Positions 1-7,699 of a stretch of DNA of 64,000 nt are shown here, in pieces (position 1 is the first letter of the stretch; every line of letters begins with the position of its first letter). The notes beneath the pieces are model-generated. The model was given only the letters and a program-made list of their open reading frames with translations. It ran no database searches and was not told the origin of the DNA. The translations under genes and the position numbers were made by a program. This DNA is from Candidatus Latescibacterota bacterium (lineage in GTDB: Bacteria > Latescibacterota > UBA2968 > UBA8231): contig OZ220089.1 of NCBI GenBank assembly GCA_964291625.2, positions 3,296,001 to 3,360,000 on the forward strand. The letters are read 5' to 3'.

Positions 1-128
1 TAGAGGTAGTCGTGCCACTCCTCGTCGCCCGCCGCCGTGGACGGGGAAGGCCGTGGACTGTACTCGCCGCCGTAGTGGAACTCGGAGACGTTGCGCTCGC
101 CGCAGTGGGGGCAGGCCAGCAGCAGCAT
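1..128 (-). CDS. soxD: Sarcosine oxidase delta-subunit family protein (SoxD/MgdB-like), partial, runs off the window edge
   Basis: Translated by hand as MLLLACPHCGERNVSEFHYGGE...EEWHDYL, with the CPxCGxR..EF.YGG zinc motif of SoxD. Its ATG overlaps the TGA of the upstream soxB-like gene (TGATG). Confidence 0.85.
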   Translation of the reverse strand, partial: MLLLACPHCGERNVSEFHYGGEYSPRPSPSTAAGDEEWHDYL

Positions 129-1360
129 CAGTGGCCCACCGCGGCGGCGCCCTTCTCGCCCACGGGGTCGAACTCGGCGAAGCGGGAGAGGCGGAAGGGA
201 TGGATGAGGTCGGGGGTGCGCCCCGTGGCGATCAGCTCGGCCAGGGTCTGGCCGCAGATGGGGGAGGCCTTGAAGCCGTAGGTGCCCCAGCCGGCGTCGA
301 GGTAGAAGCCCTTCACCGGCGTGACCCCCATGAGGGGGCTGTAGTCGGGGGGCATCTCGCACAGCCCCGCCCACTGGCGCAGGATGCGGACCTGCGACAG
401 GAAGGGGAAGAGCTCCAGCACGTGCCCCGAGAGGCCCTCGAGGAAGTCGAGGGAGCCGGCCGTGGAGTAGGAGGTGAAGGGATCGACGCTGGCGCCCATG
501 ACCAGCTCGCCGCGGCCGGACTGGCTGATGTAGACGTGGAGGGAGCCGGAGACGACGACCACGTCGAGGAACGGCTTGAGGGGTTCGGTGACGCAGGCCT
601 GGAGGGGGAAGGTGTCCAGGGGCAGGCGCAGGCCGGCCATGGCGGCCAGGTCGGAGGCCCAGCCGGCCGTGGCCGAGAGCACGGTCCCGGCCGCCACCGG
701 CCCCCGGGTGGTCTGCACGCCGGTGACGCCGCCGGCGGCCACGTCGATGCCGGTGACCTCGGTGTACTGATGGATGTCGACGCCGCGCTCGTCGGCGCCG
801 CGGGCGTACCCCCAGACGACGGCGTCGTGGCGGATGATCCCCCCCGGCGGATGGTAGAGGGCGGCGTGGATGGGGAAGCGGGGGCGGTCCGACAGGTCGA
901 GCTGCGGGCAGATGCGGGCCAGCTCGTCGGGGAAGACGAGGCGGGAGTCGACGCCCTCCAGGCGGTTGACCTCGGCGCGGCGGCGCATGGTGCGCACCGA
1001 GCCGTCGTCGTGGGCCAGGGTGAGGTGGCCGCGGCGGCTGAACATGACGTTGAAATCGAGGTCTTCGGACAGGTCTTCGTAGAGATCGAGGCTGGCGTCG
1101 TAGAAGCGCACGCCCTCGGGGGTGAGGTAGTTGGAGCGCAGGATGGCGGTGTTTCGTCCCGAGCCCCCGGAGCCGATGTAGCTCTTCTCGAGGACGGCCA
1201 CGTCGGTGACGCCGTGGTCCCGGGCCAGGTAGTAGGCGCAGGCCAGTCCGTGGGCGCCGCCGCCGATGATGACGACGTCGTAGCGGTCCTTCAGGGGTCG
1301 GTCGTGCCACATGCGCCGGGGCCTGGCGCCCAGGCCGTGGCGCAGCAGCTTGAAGGGCAT
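128..1360 (-). CDS. soxB: Sarcosine oxidase beta-subunit family FAD oxidoreductase (probably N-methylglutamate dehydrogenase MgdA by context)
   Basis: YDVVIIGGGAHGLA FAD motif, GSGGSGRNT..LRSNY, GWGTYGFKASP and C-terminal EKGAAAVGH. Start trimmed to MPFKLL at 1360. Confidence 0.88.
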   Translation of the reverse strand: MPFKLLRHGLGARPRRMWHDRPLKDRYDVVIIGGGAHGLACAYYLARDHGVTDVAVLEKSYIGSGGSGRNTAILRSNYLTPEGVRFYDASLDLYEDLSEDLDFNVMFSRRGHLTLAHDDGSVRTMRRRAEVNRLEGVDSRLVFPDELARICPQLDLSDRPRFPIHAALYHPPGGIIRHDAVVWGYARGADERGVDIHQYTEVTGIDVAAGGVTGVQTTRGPVAAGTVLSATAGWASDLAAMAGLRLPLDTFPLQACVTEPLKPFLDVVVVSGSLHVYISQSGRGELVMGASVDPFTSYSTAGSLDFLEGLSGHVLELFPFLSQVRILRQWAGLCEMPPDYSPLMGVTPVKGFYLDAGWGTYGFKASPICGQTLAELIATGRTPDLIHPFRLSRFAEFDPVGEKGAAAVGH

Positions 1361-1634
1361 ACGGTGGCGCTCCGGCGCGGAAGTCCACGGGAGAAGGGCG
1401 ATAAGATGGTGGGCCCACGGGGTGCCCGCCACCGGGGGCCGGTGGCCGGCCGCCGGACATCCTGCGCCGCGTCGGGACGCGTGGTCCGGGTTGCCGGCCC
1501 CACTTCCCTTGCGCAACATCAGCGACTTGGGCCTGCGCGCGCCGAAGTGCGATCGGCGAGAGAAATCACGGGAGACCGCGAAGCGCAGGCCCCAGGAGGC
1601 ACGTCGACGCCGCGCGCCTCCGGGAGACGCCGAG

Positions 1635-3650
1635 ATGCCCTCACCCCGCTTCGACCGCAGCCTGCTGCCGCCGGCGGACCTCGAGTTCGTCGTCGTCTCC
1701 GACACCCACTACATGATCGACGTGGGCGACGCGCCCCTGGAGTTCGAGTCGCGCCGCCGCCAGGGCGAGCGGGCCGGGGCCGCCTGGCGCGCCATCGCCG
1801 GCCTCGACCCGGCCTTCGTCGTGCACCTGGGCGACATGGTGCAGGAGTTCCCGGGCCGTCCCGACTACGACCGCGCCGCGCGCGAGGCCCTCGGCCAGAT
1901 CCACGGCGCCGGCCTGTGGGAGCGCTGCCGTTTCGCGGCCGGCAACCACGACATCGGCGACCGGCCCGACCCGACCATGCCCACGGGCGAGGCCACGGAG
2001 GAGAGTCTCGACACCTGGGAGCGCCGGCACGGCCCGTCCTGGCACGCATGGGACGCGGCCGGGATCCGCTTCCTGGTGCTCAACTCGCAGCTGTTCAACA
2101 CGGGCCTGGCCGCGCACGCCCGCCAGCGGGCCTGGCTCGAGGCGCAGCTGGCGGAGGCCGATGGCAGGCCGTGCGTCCTGTTCCTGCACATGCCGCCGTA
2201 CCTCGCGGACCCCGCCGAGCCCTGGCTCGGCCACTACGACAACCTCGGCGAGCCGGACCGCGGCTGGCTCCTCGACCTGGTGCGCCGGCACCGGGTGCTG
2301 GCCATGTTCGCCGGCCACGTGCACTTCCAGTTCTTCGACCACGTGGCCGGGGAGAGCGGCGTCTGCCGCTACTACGTCACCCCCTCCCCGTCCTTCACCC
2401 GACCCGGGTTCTCGCACCTCTTCACCTCGGCCCCGCCCCCGGAGCAGGGCCGGGACGACGAGGAGAAGCTGGGGTTCTTCTTGTGCCGGATGGTCGGCGG
2501 CCGCCTCGACGTTCACCGCCTGCGCATGGCGGCCCTGCTGGCCGCGGGCGACGGTGCCTGCCTGATCACTCCGCTGCCGGCGGCGTGCGAGGGGCCGTCC
2601 CGAAGCAGACCGGGTTTCGACCCGGGCGTCACCCTGCGCCATGCGCTGGCCCCCCGGGCCGAGGTGCCCCTGGCCTGGCCGTCGGTGATTCGCCAGCCGG
2701 TGCGCAACGACTACCCCCTGCTCGCCTGCCTGGAGATGGGCGTCTCGTGGGTGCGCGCGCCCCTGGCCGACCTGGCGGACCCGCTCCAGGCCCGGCGCCT
2801 GGAGGTGCTGCGCGCCGAGGGGGTCCGCGTGCAGGCCGTCGCCCTCGGCGAGGAGGAGGCCCTCGGCCGCGCCGGCGATCTTGCCGGGGCGGACGCCCTG
2901 GAGGTGCAGTTGCCCGGGCGCCTGCTGCCGGACATCCGGTCCCTGGCGGCGCTGGGAGAGGCCGCCCTTCCCCTGGTGCTGTCCCCCGTGCTGCCGGGCC
3001 AGCCGGTGCCGGGCAAGCAGCACCACCGCACGAGGATCGGGTACTTGCCCGAAGAGCTGGACGGCCTCGCCGAGGCCCTCGAGGAGGCGCACCTGACGGC
3101 CGCCGCCGCCTGCCGGCTGGACCCGTCTGACCCTTGGGAGACGGCGCGGCTCCTGGAGCAGGCCCGTGGCCGCAGACCGTTGCAGCTGCAGCTGCTGGCC
3201 GAGATGCCCGGCGTCGACGACGGGACCAACGCTCACTCGGTGGCGCGCGCCATGCTGGCCGCGGCGAGTCTCGACGTGCCCCTCTTCCTGGAGCCGCTGG
3301 TCGACCTGGACCGCACCATGGACGTGGCCCGGGGCCTGCTGGACACGCGCTGCAACCCGCGGCCCCCCTTCGAGGTCGCCCGTTGCCTTGGCGCCCTGCT
3401 GCGCCGGGGAGCCGGCCGAGCGGTCTCCGTCTCCCGGCGCGGGTCCTGCGAGATCGCCTCCCTCGGAGACCATGCCTGCCTGGTGATCGTCGAGGCCGGG
3501 TCCGTCCGTCCGGGTGAGGTGCTGGAGCAGCCGCCCCCCGGGCCCTTGTGGTCGTGCCGGCTCGCCGTGGGCGCGGTCTCCGCCTACCAGCCGCGGACCG
3601 AGCTGAGGCCGGAGGACGGCCCCCTGCTGGTGGTCCGCCGCGCCGACTGA
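1635..3650 (+). CDS. Calcineurin-like metallophosphoesterase with a long C-terminal (possibly TIM-barrel) extension
   Basis: All five metallophosphoesterase motifs are present: SDTH, LGD, GNHD, LH and GHVH. Start at ATG 1635 (MPSPRFD), downstream of GGAG. Confidence 0.8.
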   Translation: MPSPRFDRSLLPPADLEFVVVSDTHYMIDVGDAPLEFESRRRQGERAGAAWRAIAGLDPAFVVHLGDMVQEFPGRPDYDRAAREALGQIHGAGLWERCRFAAGNHDIGDRPDPTMPTGEATEESLDTWERRHGPSWHAWDAAGIRFLVLNSQLFNTGLAAHARQRAWLEAQLAEADGRPCVLFLHMPPYLADPAEPWLGHYDNLGEPDRGWLLDLVRRHRVLAMFAGHVHFQFFDHVAGESGVCRYYVTPSPSFTRPGFSHLFTSAPPPEQGRDDEEKLGFFLCRMVGGRLDVHRLRMAALLAAGDGACLITPLPAACEGPSRSRPGFDPGVTLRHALAPRAEVPLAWPSVIRQPVRNDYPLLACLEMGVSWVRAPLADLADPLQARRLEVLRAEGVRVQAVALGEEEALGRAGDLAGADALEVQLPGRLLPDIRSLAALGEAALPLVLSPVLPGQPVPGKQHHRTRIGYLPEELDGLAEALEEAHLTAAAACRLDPSDPWETARLLEQARGRRPLQLQLLAEMPGVDDGTNAHSVARAMLAAASLDVPLFLEPLVDLDRTMDVARGLLDTRCNPRPPFEVARCLGALLRRGAGRAVSVSRRGSCEIASLGDHACLVIVEAGSVRPGEVLEQPPPGPLWSCRLAVGAVSAYQPRTELRPEDGPLLVVRRAD

Positions 3651-3661
3651 CCCCGCGGGAG

Positions 3662-4153
3662 CTACTCGCGGCGCCGGATGAGCCGGGCGGGAACGCCGCC
3701 GACGACCGAGTACGGCTCGACGTCGCGGGTGACCACGGCTCCGGCTCCGACGATGCTGTGAGCCCCGATGCGAACGCCGCCGATGATCACCGCGTTAGCG
3801 CCGATCCAGACATCGTCCTCGACCACGATCTCCCGGCGGGTCACCGGCTGGTCGACCATGGGCTGGTCGACGCGGTCGTGGCCGTGGCCGATGCTGGCGA
3901 AGACCACGTGGGCGGCCACGGCGACCCGGGAGCCGATGGTGAGGGGCCCGTAGAGGACGCAGTACGGAGCGAAGTGGGTGTGACTGCCGACCTCGATCCA
4001 GGTGGCGCCGGGGTTGACGAAGGCCCCGTGGATGAAGCTCACGTGGTCGCCGAGGCGGATGTTCCCCGGCCGCAGGATCGTCGTGAGGGGACCGAAGTCG
4101 ACGGATTCGCCGATCGCCTGGAAGCCGCTGCGGTCGATGGGATCGCTGTTCAC
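3662..4153 (-). CDS. Hexapeptide-repeat (left-handed beta-helix) O-acyltransferase
   Basis: IVVEDDVWIGANAVIIGGVRIGAHSIVGAGAVVTRDV...VVGGVPARLI, typical of the maltose/galactoside acetyltransferase-like family. Confidence 0.88.
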   Translation of the reverse strand: MNSDPIDRSGFQAIGESVDFGPLTTILRPGNIRLGDHVSFIHGAFVNPGATWIEVGSHTHFAPYCVLYGPLTIGSRVAVAAHVVFASIGHGHDRVDQPMVDQPVTRREIVVEDDVWIGANAVIIGGVRIGAHSIVGAGAVVTRDVEPYSVVGGVPARLIRRRE

Positions 4154-4209
4154 GGATCGCCTCCCGATGGACGGCCGCGGCGCCGTCCGTTGAATGCGGA
4201 GAAATCAGA

Positions 4210-4238
4210 TTGCATTACATGACCGGGGCAAGTATACT
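4210..4238 (+). promoter_or_regulatory. Sigma70-type promoter of the XRE-glx operon, probably giving a leaderless mRNA
   Basis: TTGCAT (4210-4215), 17-nt spacer, TATACT (4233-4238). The ATG at 4246 lies at the expected start-site distance. Confidence 0.6.
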
Positions 4239-4245
4239 CCCGGGG

Positions 4246-4875
4246 ATGGCCGAGTCGAACCACAGGAACGCCGTCGCCGACCCGGCGACCACGGGGGCCC
4301 CGGAGAGCCGCCTGGAGCGTTCCATCGGCCGCCAGATCCGCACCTTCCGGCAGCAGCTGGACATGACCGCCGCCGACCTGTCGCGCGAGGCGGGCCTGTC
4401 GGCGGGGATGCTCTCCAAGATCGAGAACGGCCTGACCTCGCCCTCCCTGGCGACCCTGAGCGCCCTGGCGGGGGCCCTCAACGTCCCGGTGACCGCCCTC
4501 TTCCGCAAGTACGAGGAGGCCCGCGACGTCTCCTTCGTGCCCGCCGGCGCCGGTCTCGACATCGAGCGCCGGGGCACCCGCGCCGGCCACCAGTACCAGC
4601 TCCTCGGGCACACGGTGAGCCGGCGCATGTTCGTCGAGCCCTACCTCATCCACCTGACCGGCGAGTCGGACGTCTTCCCGGTCTTCCAGCACGGCGGCGT
4701 CGAGTTCATCTACATCCTCGAGGGGCGGATCACCTACCGCCACGGGGACCGCACCTGGGCCATGGGTCCGGGCGACTCCCTGTTCTTCGACGCCGAGGCC
4801 CCCCACGGGCCCGAGGAGCTCACCGAGCTGCCCATCCGCTTCCTGTCCATCCTGATCGAGCCGAGGGAGAGCTGA
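4246..4875 (+). CDS. XRE-family HTH transcriptional regulator with C-terminal cupin sensor
   Basis: IGRQIRTFR..LSAGMLSKIENGLTSPSLATL (HTH_3) and cupin FQHGGVEFIYILEG...GDSLFFDAEAPHGP. This type is usually found beside glxBCD. Confidence 0.9.
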   Translation: MAESNHRNAVADPATTGAPESRLERSIGRQIRTFRQQLDMTAADLSREAGLSAGMLSKIENGLTSPSLATLSALAGALNVPVTALFRKYEEARDVSFVPAGAGLDIERRGTRAGHQYQLLGHTVSRRMFVEPYLIHLTGESDVFPVFQHGGVEFIYILEGRITYRHGDRTWAMGPGDSLFFDAEAPHGPEELTELPIRFLSILIEPRES

Positions 4876-4876
4876 C

Positions 4877-5782
4877 ATGTGCGGCATCGCCGGAATCCTG
4901 TTCAAGCGCCCGCCGGAGCACCTGAGCGCCGGCCGGGCCCTGGTGGAGATGCTCGACGGCTGCCAGCACCGCGGCCCCGACTCCACCGGCTTCGCCCTCT
5001 ACGGCCGGGACGAGCCCGGCCGCCTGCGGCTGCGCTTCATCGTCGGCGAGGACGGCTGCGCCGAGGCGGCCTGCGCCCGCATCGCGGAGGTGCTGCACCG
5101 GGAGGGCGCCGCCGTGGTGAGCGAGGAGCGGGTCGGCGGCGACTACCGGGTCACCGTGGAGTTCGACGGCGACCTGCAGAGCTTCGCCTACGCCGTGGAG
5201 CACGCCGCCAAGGTCGTCTCCATCGGCTCGAGCCTGGAGATCGTCAAGGACGTGGGCGGCGCCCGCGACGTGGACGGCCGCTACGGCGTGCACGGCTTCG
5301 AGGGCAGCCACGGCCTCGGCCACGTGCGCCTGGCCACCGAGAGCGACGTCAAGCCCGAGGCCTCCCACCCCTTCTGGGCCACGGGCTTCGCCGACGTGGC
5401 GATCGTCCACAACGGCCAGATCACCAACTACTGGAAGATGCGCCGCCGCCTGGAGCAGCGCGGCTTCGAGTTCGCCACCGACAACGACTCGGAGCTGATC
5501 GCCGTCTACCTGGCGGACAAGCTCTCCCAGGGGGTGCCGCTCCAGGACGCCCTGCGCACCTCCATCGACGACCTGGACGGGACCTTCTCCTTCCTCGTGT
5601 CGACGAAGGACGAGATCGGCTACGCCAAGGACCGCATCGCCGCCAAGCCGATGATCATGTACGAGAACGAGGAGCTGGTGGCGGTCGCCTCGGAGGAGGT
5701 CTCCCTCAACCGCCTCTTCCCCGGCCAGGCCCTCGACACCCGCGAGCCCCCGCCGGGGACCTACGCCACGTGGTCCAGGTAG
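4877..5782 (+). CDS. glxB: Class II glutamine amidotransferase, N-methylglutamate synthase subunit A (GlxB/MgsA)
   Basis: N-terminal nucleophile MCGIAG, HRGPDSTG, GHVRLATES, HPF, VHNGQITNY, TDNDSE. Confidence 0.85.
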   Translation: MCGIAGILFKRPPEHLSAGRALVEMLDGCQHRGPDSTGFALYGRDEPGRLRLRFIVGEDGCAEAACARIAEVLHREGAAVVSEERVGGDYRVTVEFDGDLQSFAYAVEHAAKVVSIGSSLEIVKDVGGARDVDGRYGVHGFEGSHGLGHVRLATESDVKPEASHPFWATGFADVAIVHNGQITNYWKMRRRLEQRGFEFATDNDSELIAVYLADKLSQGVPLQDALRTSIDDLDGTFSFLVSTKDEIGYAKDRIAAKPMIMYENEELVAVASEEVSLNRLFPGQALDTREPPPGTYATWSR

Positions 5783-7695
5783 ATCTCGCCCGGGTCCCGG
5801 TCCGCCAGGCCAACGAGCGCATCCGCGCCCACGGCGAGGCCGGCGAGGACGTGGAGGTCCTCAACCCCGACGCCCGACACCACATCGGCGTCGGCCTCAC
5901 CTCGCCGATCCGCGTGCGGGTGCGGGGGTCGGCGGGATACTTCTGCGCCGGCCTCTCCGACCAGGCCCGCTTCGAGGTCGACAACAACGTCGGCTGGGGG
6001 CTGGCCGACAACATGTACACCGGGTCGGTGGTAGTCCGCGGCAACGCCGGCGCCATCGCCGGGGTCGCCGTCCGCGGCGCCGAGGTCGTGGTCCACGGCA
6101 ACCTCGGCTCCCGCGCCGGACAGGTGATGAAGGCCGGCACCCTGTGCTGCGCCGGCAACGCCAACTTCATGGCCGGCTACATGATGTACGGGGGGCGCAT
6201 CATCCTCCTCGGCGACTCGGGGGAGCGCGTCGGCGAGGACATGACGGGGGGCGAGATCTTCGTGGGGGGCCAGGTCCGCGACCTCGGCAGCGACGCCGAG
6301 CTGACCGACCTGGACGACGGCGACGACGATGGCGTGCGCGAGTTCCTCGACCGCTGGGAGATCCCCTTCCGCGGGTCGCTGCGGAAGATCGTCAACGCCG
6401 GCACGAAGCTGCGCTACGCCACCGAGGAGCCCCAGGTGCGCAGCATTCCCTTCTTCACCTACTCGCGGGACTCGGAGTACTGGAACCCCAAGGTGCAGGA
6501 GGACGTGCACGTCAAGTCGCGCATCGGCCGCTACCGGATCCGCGGCTACGGGGCGGCGCGGCCCCTGCCGCACCTGGCGGACCTCGGCTTCCGCGCCGAC
6601 CTGGGCGCCGCCGGCCGGGCGGAGGACGTGGTCTCCCGGGTCCAGATGCGCACCGAGATCGGCGGCCTCAACGGCGCCGAGCCCCTGAAGCTGAGCATGC
6701 CGGTCATGATCGCGCCCATGAGCTACGGCGCCATCAGCCGCTCGACGAAGCAGGCCGTGGCCATGGCCTCGGCCATGTCCGACATCGCCGAGAACACCGG
6801 CGAGGGCGGCATGAGCGACGCCCAGAGGGACGCGGCCAAGCAGTTGATCTTCCAGTGCCTGGGGGGCCGCCTGGGCTGGAACATCCACGACATGAAGCGC
6901 GCCGACGGCCTGGAGATCTACATCTCCCAGGGGGCCAAGCCCGGCCTCGGCGGCCAGCTGATGGCCAAGAAGGTGACGCCGGAGCTGGCGGCGATCCGCG
7001 GCATCCCGGCGGGCATCGACCTGCGCTCGCCGTCGCGCCACCCGGACATCCTCGGCGCCGACGACCTGGTGATCAAGATCGAGGAGTTCCGCGAGGCCAC
7101 GGGCTACCGCAAGCCGGTGAGCGTCAAGCTCGGCGCCGGGCGGGTGCGCGACGACATCAAGATCGCCGTCAAGGACGGCTTCGACTTCGTCGAGCTCGAC
7201 GGCATGCAGGGGGCCACCGGCGCCGGCAGCGGCGAGGTCATCGACCACGTGGGCATCCCCACCCTGCCGGCGATCATCGAGGCCCTGGAGGCGCTCGAGG
7301 AGATCGGCCGCCGCCAGGACATCGAGGTCGTCCTCATGGGCGGCCTGCGGGACGGCATCGACGCGGTGAAGGCCCTCTGCCTCGGGGCGGACGCCGCCGC
7401 CTTCGGCACCTCGGTGCTCATCGCCGGCGGCTGCATCGCCTGCATGCAGTGCCACGTGGGCCAGTGCGTCACCGGCATCGCCACCCAGGACCCGGAGCAC
7501 GAGAAGCGCTACGAGCCGGCCGTGGAGGCGCGCAACATCCACCGCTTCCTGGAGACCGTGCGCTGGCAGATCGCGGCCCTGACCCACGCCATGGGCTACT
7601 CCAGCACCCGCGAGCTGAACCGCGGCGACCTCGTGGCCCTGACGCCGGAGGCCGCCGAGATCACCGGCCTGCCGCTGGCGCCCGGACCGGGCTGA
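5770..7695 (+). CDS. glxD: Fused GXGXG-domain (GlxC/MgsB) and FMN-binding glutamate-synthase-like (GlxD/MgsC) protein
   Basis: GTG start overlaps the end of glxB. The N-terminal part has GXGXG beta-helix repeats (GSAGYFCAG, GNAGAIAG, GNLGSRAG). The C-terminal part has APMSYGA, TGEGG, QGAKPGLGGQL, DLRSPSRHPD and the Fe-S motif CIACMQCHVGQC. Confidence 0.85.
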   Translation: MVQVDLARVPVRQANERIRAHGEAGEDVEVLNPDARHHIGVGLTSPIRVRVRGSAGYFCAGLSDQARFEVDNNVGWGLADNMYTGSVVVRGNAGAIAGVAVRGAEVVVHGNLGSRAGQVMKAGTLCCAGNANFMAGYMMYGGRIILLGDSGERVGEDMTGGEIFVGGQVRDLGSDAELTDLDDGDDDGVREFLDRWEIPFRGSLRKIVNAGTKLRYATEEPQVRSIPFFTYSRDSEYWNPKVQEDVHVKSRIGRYRIRGYGAARPLPHLADLGFRADLGAAGRAEDVVSRVQMRTEIGGLNGAEPLKLSMPVMIAPMSYGAISRSTKQAVAMASAMSDIAENTGEGGMSDAQRDAAKQLIFQCLGGRLGWNIHDMKRADGLEIYISQGAKPGLGGQLMAKKVTPELAAIRGIPAGIDLRSPSRHPDILGADDLVIKIEEFREATGYRKPVSVKLGAGRVRDDIKIAVKDGFDFVELDGMQGATGAGSGEVIDHVGIPTLPAIIEALEALEEIGRRQDIEVVLMGGLRDGIDAVKALCLGADAAAFGTSVLIAGGCIACMQCHVGQCVTGIATQDPEHEKRYEPAVEARNIHRFLETVRWQIAALTHAMGYSSTRELNRGDLVALTPEAAEITGLPLAPGPG

Positions 7696-7699
7696 CCCC

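Noticed and set aside
53-3130. 1025-aa plus-strand ORF, and many other long ORFs such as 5761-7701(-), 7661-10153(-), 29042-31081(-) and 57574-60006(+)
   Set aside because: Antisense or off-frame shadows of real genes. They are R/G/P/A-rich with no motifs, as expected at very high GC.
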